A DNA stretch of 64,000 nucleotides from Eledone cirrhosa (taxonomy: Eukaryota): NCBI GenBank assembly GCA_964016885.1, contig OZ024758.1, positions 34,782,001 through 34,846,000 of the forward strand, read 5' to 3'. Below, piece by piece: positions 1 to 12,200 of the stretch. A program made the translations under genes and the position numbers. Under the pieces are notes generated by a model. It was not told the DNA's origin, searched no databases, and saw nothing but the letters and a program-made list of their open reading frames with translations. Within the stretch, counting starts at the first letter, position 1, and every line of letters begins with the position of its first letter.

Positions 1-44
1 CTGTCAGAAGTAACTCCACTGTTGGTGAGAATTCATTTAAGTTC

Positions 45-904
45 ATGGTACTAGCTGTCAGAAGTAACTCCAATGTTGGTGAGAATTCATTTAAGTTCAT
101 GGTATTAGCTGTCAGAAGGAACTCCACTGTTGGTGAGAATTCATTTAAGTTCATGGTACTAGCTGTCAGAAGTAACTCCAATGTTGGTGAGAATTCATTT
201 AAGTTCATGGTATTAGCTGTCAGAAGTAACTCCACTGTTGGTGAGAATTCATTTAAGTCATGGTATTAGCTGTCAGAAGTAACTCCACTGTTGGTGAGAA
301 TTCATTTAAGTTCATGGTATTAGCTGTCAGAAGTAACTCCACTGTTGGTGAGAATTCATTTAAGTTCATGGTACTAGCTGTCAGAAGTAACTCCAATGTT
401 GGTGAGAATTCATTTAAGTTCATGGAATTAGCTGTCAGAAGTAACTCCACTGTTGGTGAGAATTCATTTAAGTCATGGTATTAGCTGTCAGAAGTAACTC
501 CACTGTTGGTGAGAATTCATTTAATTTCATGGTACTAGCTGTCAGAAGTAACTCCACTGTTGGTGAGAATTCATTTAAGTTCATGGTACTAGCTGTCAGA
601 AGTAACTCCAATGTTGGTGAGAATTCATTTAAGTTCATGGTATTAGCTGTCAGAAGTAACTCCACTGTTGGTGAGAATTCCTTTAAGTCATGGTATTAGC
701 TGTCAGAAGTAACTCCACTGTTGCTGAGAATTCATTTAAGTTCATGGTATTAGCTGTCAGAAGGAACTCCACTGTTGGTGAGAATTCATTTAAGTTCATG
801 GTACTAGCTGTCAGAAGTAACTCCAATGTTGGTGAGAATTCATTTAAGTTCATGGTATTAGCTGTCAGAAGTAACTCCACTGTTGGTGAGTATTCATTTA
901 AGTC
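45..904. repeat. Four tandem 215-bp tetramer units (3x54 + 1x53 bp)
   Basis: Units start at 45, 260, 475, 690 (next at 905), exactly 215 bp apart. The third monomer carries GTACTAG plus CCAATG and the fourth ends in the 1-bp deletion AAGTCATG. Confidence 0.9.
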
Positions 905-3900
905 ATGGTATTAGCTGCCAGAAGTAACTCCACTGTTGGTGAGAATTCATTTAACTTCATGGTATTAGCTGTCAGAAGTAACTCCACTGTTGGTGAGAAT
1001 TCATTTAAGTTCATGGTATTAGCTGTCAGAAGTAACTCCACTGTTGGTGAGAATTCATTTAAGTTCATGGTATTAGCTGTCAGAAGTAACTCCACTGTTG
1101 GTGAGAATTCATTTAATTTCATGGTACTAGCTGTCAGAAGTAACTCCACTGTTGGTGAGAATTCATTTAAGTTCATGGTACTAGCTGTCAGAAGTAACTC
1201 CAATGTTGGTGAGAATTCATTTAAGTTCATGGTATTAGCTGTCAGAAGTAACTCCACTGTTGGTGAGAATTCATTTAAGTCATGGTATTAGCTGTCAGAA
1301 GTAACTCCAATGTTGGTCAGAATTCATTTAAGTTCATGGTATTAGCTGTCAGAAGGAACTCCACTGTTGCTGAGAATTCATTTAAGTTCATGGTATTAGC
1401 TGTCAGAAGTAACTCCACTGTTGGTGAGAATTCATTTAAGTTCATGGTACTAGCTGTCAGAAGTAACTCCACTGTTGGTGAGAATTCATTTAAGTTCATG
1501 GTATTAGCTGTCAGAAGTCACTCCAACGTTGGTGAGAATTCATTTAAGTTCATGGTATTAGCTGTCAGAAGTCACTCCACTGTTGGTGAGATTTCATTTA
1601 AGTTCATGGTACTAGCTGTCAGAAGTAACCCCAATGTTGGTGAGAAATCATTTAAGTTCATGGTATTAGCTGTCAGAAGTCACTCCAATGTTGGTGAGAA
1701 TTCATTTAAGTTCATGGTATTAGCTGTCAGAAGTAACTCCACTGTTGGTGAGAATTCATTTAAGTTCATGGTATTAGCTGTCAGAAGTAACTCCACTGTT
1801 GGTGAGAATTCATTTAAGTTCATGGTATTAGCTGTCAGAAGTAACTCCACTGTTGGTGAGAATTCATTTAAGTTCATGGTATTAGCTGTCAGAAGGAACT
1901 CCAATGTTGGTGAGAATTCATTTAAGTCATGGTACTAGCTGTCAGAAGTAACTCCACTGTTGGTGAGAATTCATTTAAGTTCATGGTATTAGCTGTCAGA
2001 AGGAACGCCACTGTTGGTGAGAATTCATTTAAGTTCATGGTATTAGCTGTCAGAAGTAACTCCACTGTTGGTGAGAATTCATTTAAGTTCATGGTACTAG
2101 CTGTCAGAAGTAACTCCAATGTTGGTGAGAATTCATTTAAGTTCATGGTATTAGCTGTCAGAACGAACTCCACTGTTGCTGAGAATTCATTTAAGTTCAT
2201 GGTATTAGCTGTCAGAAGTAACTCCACTGTTGGTGAGAATTCATTTAAGTTCATGGTACTAGCTGTCAGAAGTAACTCCACTGTTGGTGAGAATTCATTT
2301 AAGTTCATGGTATTAGCTGTCAGAAGTCACTCCAATGTTGGTGAGAATTCATTTAAGTTCATGGTATTAGCTGTCAGAAGTAACTCCACTGTTGGTGAGA
2401 ATTCATTTAAGTCATGGTATTAGCTGTCAGAAGTAACTCCACTGTTGGTGAGAATTCATTTAAGTTCATGGTATTAGCTGTCAGAAGGAACGCCACTGTT
2501 GGTGAGATTTCATTTAAGTTCATGGTATTAGCTGTCAGAAGAAACTCCACTGTTGGTGAGAATTCATTTAAGTTCATGGTACTAGCTGTCAGAAGTAACT
2601 CCAATGTTGGTGAGAATTCATTTAAGTTCATGGTATTAGCTGTCAGAAGGAACTCCACTGTTGGTGAGAATTCATTTAAGTTCATGGTATTAGCTGTCAG
2701 AAGTAACTCCACTGTTGGTGAGAATTCATTTAGGTCATGGTATTAGCTGTCAGAAGTAACTCCATTGTTGGTGAGAATTCATTTAAGTCATGGTACTAGC
2801 TGTCAGAAGTAACTCCAATGTTGGTGAGAATTCATTTAAGTCATGGTACTAGCTGTCAGAAGTAACTCCAATGTTGGTGAGAATTCATTTAAGTTCATGG
2901 TACTAGCTGTCAGAAGTAACTCCACTGTTGGTGAGAATTCATTTAAGTTCATGGTATTAGCTGTCAGAAGGAACGCCACTGTTGGTGAGAATTCATTTAA
3001 GTTCATGGTATTAGCTGTCAGAAGTAACTCCACTGTTGGTGAGAATTCATTTAAGTTCATGGTACTAGCTGTCAGAAGTAACTCCAATGTTGGTGAGAAT
3101 TCATTTAAGTTCATGGTATTAGCTGTCAGAAGGAACTCCACTGTTGGTGAGAATTCATTTAAGTTCATGGTATTAGCTGTCAGAAGTAACTCCACTGTTG
3201 GTGAGAATTCATTTAAGTCATGGTATTAGCTGTCAGAAGTAACTCCATTGTTGGTGAGAATTCATTTAAGTCATGGTACTAGCTGTCAGAAGTAACTCCA
3301 ATGTTGGTGAGAATTCATTTAAGTCATGGTACTAGCTGTCAGAAGTAACTCCAATGTTGGTGAGAATTCATTTAAGTTCATGTTATTAGCTGTCAGAAGG
3401 AACTCCACTGTTGGTGAGAATTCATTTAAGTTCATGGTATTAGCTGTCAGAAGTAACTCCACTGTTGGTGAGAATTCATTTAAGTTCATGGTATTAGCTG
3501 TCAGAAGTAACTCCACCGTTGGTGAGAATTCATTTAAGTTCATGGTACTAGCTGTCAGAAGTAACTCCAATGTTGGTGAGAATTCATTTAAGTTCATGGT
3601 ATTAGCTGTCAGAAGTAACTCCACTGTTGGTGAGAATTCATTTAAGTCATGGTATTAGCTGTCAGAAGTAACTCCACTGTTGGTGAGAATTCATTTAAGT
3701 TCATGGTATTAGCTGTCAGAAGTAACTCCACTGTTGGTGAGAATTCATTTAAGTTCATGGTACTAGCTGTCAGAAGTAACTCCAATGTTGGTGAGAATTC
3801 ATTTAAGTTCATGGAATTAGCTGTCAGAAGTAACTCCACTGTTGGTGAGAATTCATTTAAGTCATGGTATTAGCTGTCAGAAGTAACTCCACTGTTGGTG

Positions 3901-5760
3901 AGAATTCATTTAATTTCATGGTACTAGCTGTCAGAAGTAACTCCACTGTTGGTGAGAATTCATTTAAGTTCATGGTACTAGCTGTCAGAAGTAACTCCAA
4001 TGTTGGTGAGAATTCATTTAAGTTCATGGTATTAGCTGTCAGAAGTAACTCCACTGTTGGTGAGAATTCCTTTAAGTCATGGTATTAGCTGTCAGAAGTA
4101 ACTCCACTGTTGCTGAGAATTCATTTAAGTTCATGGTATTAGCTGTCAGAAGGAACTCCACTGTTGGTGAGAATTCATTTAAGTTCATGGTACTAGCTGT
4201 CAGAAGTAACTCCAATGTTGGTGAGAATTCATTTAAGTTCATGGTATTAGCTGTCAGAAGTAACTCCACTGTTGGTGAGTATTCATTTAAGTCATGGTAT
4301 TAGCTGCCAGAAGTAACTCCACTGTTGGTGAGAATTCATTTAACTTCATGGTATTAGCTGTCAGAAGTAACTCCACTGTTGGTGAGAATTCATTTAAGTT
4401 CATGGTATTAGCTGTCAGAAGTAACTCCACTGTTGGTGAGAATTCATTTAAGTTCATGGTATTAGCTGTCAGAAGTAACTCCACTGTTGGTGAGAATTCA
4501 TTTAATTTCATGGTACTAGCTGTCAGAAGTAACTCCACTGTTGGTGAGAATTCATTTAAGTTCATGGTACTAGCTGTCAGAAGTAACTCCAATGTTGGTG
4601 AGAATTCATTTAAGTTCATGGTATTAGCTGTCAGAAGTAACTCCACTGTTGGTGAGAATTCATTTAAGTCATGGTATTAGCTGTCAGAAGTAACTCCAAT
4701 GTTGGTCAGAATTCATTTAAGTTCATGGTATTAGCTGTCAGAAGGAACTCCACTGTTGCTGAGAATTCATTTAAGTTCATGGTATTAGCTGTCAGAAGTA
4801 ACTCCACTGTTGGTGAGAATTCATTTAAGTTCATGGTACTAGCTGTCAGAAGTAACTCCACTGTTGGTGAGAATTCATTTAAGTTCATGGTATTAGCTGT
4901 CAGAAGTCACTCCAACGTTGGTGAGAATTCATTTAAGTTCATGGTATTAGCTGTCAGAAGTCACTCCACTGTTGGTGAGATTTCATTTAAGTTCATGGTA
5001 CTAGCTGTCAGAAGTAACCCCAATGTTGGTGAGAAATCATTTAAGTTCATGGTATTAGCTGTCAGAAGTCACTCCAATGTTGGTGAGAATTCATTTAAGT
5101 TCATGGTATTAGCTGTCAGAAGTAACTCCACTGTTGGTGAGAATTCATTTAAGTTCATGGTATTAGCTGTCAGAAGTAACTCCACTGTTGGTGAGAATTC
5201 ATTTAAGTTCATGGTATTAGCTGTCAGAAGTAACTCCACTGTTGGTGAGAATTCATTTAAGTTCATGGTATTAGCTGTCAGAAGGAACTCCAATGTTGGT
5301 GAGAATTCATTTAAGTCATGGTACTAGCTGTCAGAAGTAACTCCACTGTTGGTGAGAATTCATTTAAGTTCATGGTATTAGCTGTCAGAAGGAACGCCAC
5401 TGTTGGTGAGAATTCATTTAAGTTCATGGTATTAGCTGTCAGAAGTAACTCCACTGTTGGTGAGAATTCATTTAAGTTCATGGTACTAGCTGTCAGAAGT
5501 AACTCCAATGTTGGTGAGAATTCATTTAAGTTCATGGTATTAGCTGTCAGAACGAACTCCACTGTTGCTGAGAATTCATTTAAGTTCATGGTATTAGCTG
5601 TCAGAAGTAACTCCACTGTTGGTGAGAATTCATTTAAGTTCATGGTACTAGCTGTCAGAAGTAACTCCACTGTTGGTGAGAATTCATTTAAGTTCATGGT
5701 ATTAGCTGTCAGAAGTCACTCCAATGTTGGTGAGAATTCATTTAAGTTCATGGTATTAGC
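153..5760. repeat. Duplicated block of about 2.2 kb (about 153-2370 and about 3542-5760), offset 3389 bp (63 monomers)
   Basis: ORF starts 260/3649, 475/3864, 690/4079, 905/4294, 1282/4671 and 1929/5318 all differ by 3389. The copies share rare variants GGAATTAG, GAATTCCTTT, GGTCAGAATT, CCAACGTTGG and AGAACGAAC. Confidence 0.92.
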
Positions 5761-8329
5761 AGTCAGAAGTCAGTCCACTGTTGGTGAGAATTCATTTAAG
5801 TTCATGGTACTAGCTGTCAGAAGTAACCCCAATGTTGGTGAGAATTCATTTAAGTTCATGGTATTAGCTGTCAGAAGTCACTCCAATGTTGGTGAGAATT
5901 CATTTAAGTTCATGGTATTAGCTGTCAGAAGTAACTCCACTGTTGGCGAGAATTCATTTAAGTTCATGGTATTAGTTTGTCAGAAGTAACTCCACTGTTG
6001 GTGAGAATTCATTTAAGTCATGGTATTAGTTGTCAGAAGTAACTCCAATGTTGGTGAGAATTCATTTAAGTTCATGGTATTAGCTGTCAGAAGGAACTCC
6101 ACTGTTGGTGAGAATTCATTTAAGTTCATGGTATTAGCTGTCAGAAGGAACTCCAATGTTGGTGAGAATTCATTTAAGTCATGGTACTAGCTGTCAGAAG
6201 TAACTCCACTGTTGGTGAGAATTCATTTAAGTTCATGGTATTAGCTGTCAGAAGGAACGCCACTGTTGGTGAGAATTCATTTAAGTTCATGGTATTAGCT
6301 GTCAGAAGTAACTCCACTGTTGGTGAGAATTCATTTAAGTTCATGGTACTAGCTGTCAGAAGTAACTCCAATGTTGGTGAGAATTCATTTAAGTTCATGG
6401 TATTAGCTGTCAGAAGGAACTCCACTGTTGGTGAGAATTCATTTAAGTTCATGGTATTAGCTGTCAGAAGTAACTCCACTGTTGGTGAGAATTCATTTAA
6501 GTCATGGTATTAGCTGTCAGAAGTAACTCCATTGTTGGTGAGAATTCATTTAAGTCATGGTACTAGCTGTCAGAAGTAACTCCAATGTTGGTGAGAATTC
6601 ATTTAAGTCATGGTACTAGCTGTCAGAAGTAACTCCAATGTTGGTGAGAATTCATTTAAGTTCATGTTATTAGCTGTCAGAAGGAACTCCACTGTTGGTG
6701 AGAATTCATTTAAGTTCATGGTATTAGCTGTCAGAAGTAACTCCACTGTTGGTGAGAATTCATTTAAGTTCATGGTATTAGCTGTCAGAAGTAACTCCAC
6801 CGTTGGTGAGAATTCATTTAAGTTCATGGTACTAGCTGTCAGAAGTAACTCCAATGTTGGTGAGAATTCATTTAAGTTCATGGTATTAGCTGTCAGAAGT
6901 AACTCCACTGTTGGTGAGAATTCATTTAAGTCATGGTATTAGCTGTCAGAAGTAACTCCACTGTTGGTGAGAATTCATTTAAGTTCATGGTATTAGCTGT
7001 CAGAAGTAACTCCACTGTTGGTGAGAATTCATTTAAGTTCATGGTACTAGCTGTCAGAAGTAACTCCAATGTTGGTGAGAATTCATTTAAGTTCATGGTA
7101 TTAGCTGTCAGAAGTAACTCCACTGTTGGTGAGAATTCATTTAAGTCATGGTATTAGCTGTCAAAAGTAACTCCACTGTTGGTGAGAATTCATTTAGGTT
7201 CATGGTATTAGCTGTCAGAAGTAACTCCACTGTTGGTGAGAATTCATTTAAGTTCATGGTATTAGCTGTCAGAAGTAACTCCACTGTTGGTGAGAATTCA
7301 TTTAATTTCATGGTACTAGCTGTCAGAAGTAACTCCACTGTTGGTGAGAATTCATTTAAGTTCATGGTACTAGCTGTCAGAAGTAACTCCAATGTTGGTG
7401 AGAATTCATTTAAGTTCATGGTATTAGCTGTCAGAAGTAACTCCACTGTTGGTGAGAATTCATTTAAGTCATGCTATTAGCTGTCAGAAGTAACTCCAGT
7501 GTTGGTGAGAATTCATTTAAGTTCATGGTATTAGCTGTCAGAAGGAACTCCACTGTTGGTGAGAATTCATTTAAGTTCATGGTACTAGCTGTCAGAAGTA
7601 ACTCCAATGTTGGTGAGAATTCATTTAAGTTCATGGTATTAGCTGTCAGAAGTACTCCACTGTTGGTGAGTATTCATTTAAGTCATGGTATTAGCTGCCA
7701 GAAGTAACTCCACTGTTGGTGAGAATTCATTTAACTTCATGGTATTAGCTGTCAGAAGTAACTCCACTGTTGGTGAGAATTCATTTAAGTTCATGGTATT
7801 AGCTGTCAGAAGTAACTCCACAGTTGGTGAGAATTCATTTAAGTTCATGGTATTAGTTGGTCAGAAGTAACTCCACTGTTGGTGAGAATTCATTTAAGTC
7901 ATGGTACTAGCTGTCAGAAGTAACTCCACTGTTGGTGAGAATTCATTTAAGTTCATGGTATTAGCTGTCAGAAGGAACGCCACTGTTGGTGAGATTTCAT
8001 TTAAGTTCATGGTATTAGCTGTCAGAAGAAACTCCACTGTTGGTGAGAATTCATTTAAGTTCATGGTACTAGCTGTCAGAAGTAACTCCAATGTTGGTGA
8101 GAATTCATTTAAGTTCATGGTATTAGCTGTCAGAAGGAACTCCACTGTTGGTGAGAATTCATTTAAGTTCATGGTATTAGCTGTCAGAAGTAACTCCACT
8201 GTTGGTGAGAATTCATTTAGGTCATGGTATTAGCTGTCAGAAGTAACTCCATTGTTGGTGAGAATTCATTTAAGTCATGGTACTAGCTGTCAGAAGTAAC
8301 TCCAATGTTGGTGAGAATTCATTTAAGTC

Positions 8330-9295
8330 ATGGTACTAGCTGTCAGAAGTAACTCCAATGTTGGTGAGAATTCATTTAAGTTCATGGTACTAGCTGTCAG
8401 AAGTAACTCCACTGTTGGTGAGAATTCATTTAAGTTCATGGTATTAGCTGTCAGAAGGAACGCCACTGTTGGTGAGAATTCATTTAAGTTCATGGTATTA
8501 GCTGTCAGAAGTAACTCCACTGTTGGTGAGAATTCATTTAAGTTCATGGTACTAGCTGTCAGAAGTAACTCCAATGTTGGTGAGAATTCATTTAAGTTCA
8601 TGGTATTAGCTGTCAGAAGGAACTCCACTGTTGGTGAGAATTCATTTAAGTTCATGGTATTAGCTGTCAGAAGTAACTCCACTGTTGGTGAGAATTCATT
8701 TAAGTCATGGTATTAGCTGTCAGAAGTAACTCCATTGTTGGTGAGAATTCATTTAAGTCATGGTACTAGCTGTCAGAAGTAACTCCAATGTTGGTGAGAA
8801 TTCATTTAAGTCATGGTACTAGCTGTCAGAAGTAACTCCAATGTTGGTGAGAATTCATTTAAGTTCATGGTACTAGCTGTCAGAAGTAACTCCACTGTTG
8901 GTGAGAATTCATTTAAGTTCATGGTATTAGCTGTCAGAAGGAACGCCACTGTTGGTGAGAATTCATTTAAGTTCATGGTATTAGCTGTCAGAAGTAACTC
9001 CACTGTTGGTGAGAATTCATTTAAGTTCATGGTACTAGCTGTCAGAAGTAACTCCAATGTTGGTGAGAATTCATTTAAGTTCATGGTATTAGCTGTCAGA
9101 AGGAACTCCACTGTTGGTGAGAATTCATTTAAGTTCATGGTATTAGCTGTCAGAAGTAACTCCACTGTTGGTGAGAATTCATTTAAGTCATGGTATTAGC
9201 TGTCAGAAGTAACTCCATTGTTGGTGAGAATTCATTTAAGTCATGGTACTAGCTGTCAGAAGTAACTCCAATGTTGGTGAGAATTCATTTAAGTC
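8330..9295. repeat. 483-bp (9-monomer) tandem duplication inside a copy of the 2414-4078 block
   Basis: Identical 128-aa ORF patterns at 8330 and 8813. The offset to the earlier copy changes from 5487 (2414/7901, 2843/8330) to 5970 (3326/9296, 3649/9619, 3864/9834). Confidence 0.88.
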
Positions 9296-12200
9296 ATGGT
9301 ACTAGCTGTCAGAAGTAACTCCAATGTTGGTGAGAATTCATTTAAGTTCATGTTATTAGCTGTCAGAAGGAACTCCACTGTTGGTGAGAATTCATTTAAG
9401 TTCATGGTATTAGCTGTCAGAAGTAACTCCACTGTTGGTGAGAATTCATTTAAGTTCATGGTATTAGCTGTCAGAAGTAACTCCACCGTTGGTGAGAATT
9501 CATTTAAGTTCATGGTACTAGCTGTCAGAAGTAACTCCAATGTTGGTGAGAATTCATTTAAGTTCATGGTATTAGCTGTCTGAAGTAACTCCACTGTTGG
9601 TGAGAATTCATTTAAGTCATGGTATTAGCTGTCAGAAGTAACTCCACTGTTGGTGAGAATTCATTTAAGTTCATGGTATTAGCTGTCAGAAGTAACTCCA
9701 CTGTTGGTGAGAATTCATTTAAGTTCATGGTACTAGCTGTCAGAAGTAACTCCAATGTTGGTGAGAATTCATTTAAGTTCATGGAATTAGCTGTCAGAAG
9801 TAACTCCACTGTTGGTGAGAATTCATTTAAGTCATGGTATTAGCTGTCAGAAGTAACTCCACTGTTGGTGAGAATTCATTTAATTTCATGGTACTAGCTG
9901 TCAGAAGTAACTCCACTGTTGGTGAGAATTCATTTAAGTTCATGGTACTAGCTGTCAGAAGTAACTCCAATGTTGGTGAGAATTCATTTAAGTTCATGGT
10001 ATTAGCTGTCAGAAGTAACTCCACTGTTGGTGAGAATTCCTTTAAGTCATGGTATTAGCTGTCAGAAGTAACTCCACTGTTGGTGAGAATTCATTTAAGT
10101 TCATGGTATTAGCTGTCAGAAGGAACGCCACTGTTGGTGAGAATTCATTTAAGTTCATGGTATTAGCTGTCAGAAGTAACTCCACTGTTGGTGAGAATTC
10201 ATTTAAGTTCATGGTACTAGCTGTCAGAAGTAACTCCAATGTTGGTGAGAATTCATTTAAGTTCATGGTATTAGCTGTCAGAAGGAACTCCACTCTTGGT
10301 GAGAATTCATTTAAGTTCATGGTATTAGCTGTCAGAAGTAACTCCACTGTTGGTGAGAATTCATTTAAGTCATGGTACTAGCTGTCAGAAGTAACTCCAA
10401 TGTTGGTGAGAATTCATTTAAGTCATGGTACTAGCTGTCAGAAGTAACTCCAATGTTGGTGAGAATTCATTTAAGTTCATGTTATTAGCTGTCAGAAGGA
10501 ACTCCACTGTTGGTGAGAATTCATTTAAGTTCATGGTATTAGCTGTCAGAAGTAACTCCACTGTTGGTGAGAATTCATTTAAGTTCATGGTATTAGCTGT
10601 CAGAAGTAACTCCACCGTTGGTGAGAATTCATTTACGTTCATGGTACTAGCTGTCAGAAGTAACTCCAATGTTGGTGAGAATTCATTTAAGTTCATGGTA
10701 TTAGCTGTCAGAAGTAACTCCACTGTTGGTGAGAATTCATTTAAGTCATGGTATTAGCTGTCAGAAGTAACTCCACTGTTGGTGAGAATTCATTTAAGTT
10801 CATGGTATTAGCTGTCAGAAGTAACTCCACTGTTGGTGAGAATTCATTTAAGTTCATGGTACTAGCTGTCAGAAGTAACTCCAATGTTGGTGAGAATTCA
10901 TTTAAGTTCATGGTATTAGCTGTCAGAAGTAACTCCACTGTTGGTGAGAATTCACTTAAGTCATGGTATTAGCTGTCAGAAGTAACTCCACTGTTGGTGA
11001 GAATTCATTTAAGTTCATGGTATTAGCTGTCAGAAGTAACTCCACTGTTGGTGAGAATTCATTTAAGTTCATGGTATTAGCTGTCAGAAGGAACGCCACT
11101 GTTGGTGAGAATTCATTTAAGTTCATGGTATTAGCTGTCAGAAGTAACTCCACTGTTGGTGAGAATTCATTTAAGTTCATGGTACTAGCTGCCAGAAGTA
11201 ACTCCAATGTTGGTGAGAATTCATTTAAGTTCATGGTATTAGCTGTCAGAAGGAACTCCACTGTTGGTGAGAATTCATTTAAGTTCATGGTATTAGCTGT
11301 CAGAAGTAACTCCACTGTTGGTGAGAATTCATTTAGGTCATGGTATTAGCTGTCAGAAGTAACTCCATTGTTGGTGAGAATTCATTTAAGTCATGGTACT
11401 AGCTGTCAGAAGTAACTCCAATGTTGGTGAGAATTCATTTAAGTTCATGGTACTAGCTGTCAGAAGTAACTCCAATGTTGGTGAGAATTCATTTAAGTTC
11501 ATGTTATTAGCTGTCAGAAGGAACTCCACTGTTGGTGAGAATTCATTTAAGTTCATGGTATTAGCTGTCAGAAGTAACTCCACTGTTGGTGAGAATTCAT
11601 TTAAGTTCATGGTATTAGCTGTCAGAAGTAACTCCACCGTTGGTGAGAATTCATTTAAGTTCATGGTACTAGCTGTCAGAAGTAACTCCAATGTTGGTGA
11701 GAATTCATTTAAGTTCATGGTATTAGCTGTCAGAAGTAACTCCACTGTTGGTGAGAATTCATTTAAGTCATGGTATTAGCTGTCAGAAGTAACTCCACTG
11801 TTGGTGAGAATTCATTTAAGTTCATGGTATTAGCTGTCAGAAGTAACTCCACTGTTGGTGAGAATTCATTTAAGTTCATGGTACTAGCTGTCAGAAGTAA
11901 CTCCAATGTTGGTGAGAATTCATTTAAGTTCATGGTATTAGCTGTCAGAAGTAACTCCACTGTTGGTGAGAATTCATTTAAGTCATGGTATTAGCTGTCA
12001 GAAGTAACTCCACTGTTGGTGAGAATTCATTTAAGTTCATGGTATTAGCTGTCAGAAGTAACTCCACTGTTGGTGAGAATTCATTTAAGTTCATGGTATT
12101 AGCTGTCAGAAGTAACTCCACTGTTGGTGAGAATTCATTTAATTTCATGGTATTAGCTGTCAGAAGTAACTCCACTGTTGGTGAGAATTCATTTAAGTTC

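Noticed and set aside
26-46. Heat-shock element or terminator hairpin around GAGAATTCATTTAAGTTC
   Set aside because: GAA and TTC are adjacent rather than spaced as nGAAnnTTCn. Possible stems are only 4-6 bp and AT-rich, with no U-tract context.
45-1938. Programmed frameshift or phase-variation system suggested by overlapping stop and start (..KSWY* overlapping the next ATG)
   Set aside because: The overlap is the trivial result of the 1-bp deletion monomer shifting into the frame containing TAG. There is no slippery sequence or downstream gene.
2729-2736. Telomere-like TTTAGG/TTAGG in the TTTAGGTC variant
   Set aside because: It is a single A-to-G substitution in TTTAAG, never tandem, so it is not a telomeric tract.
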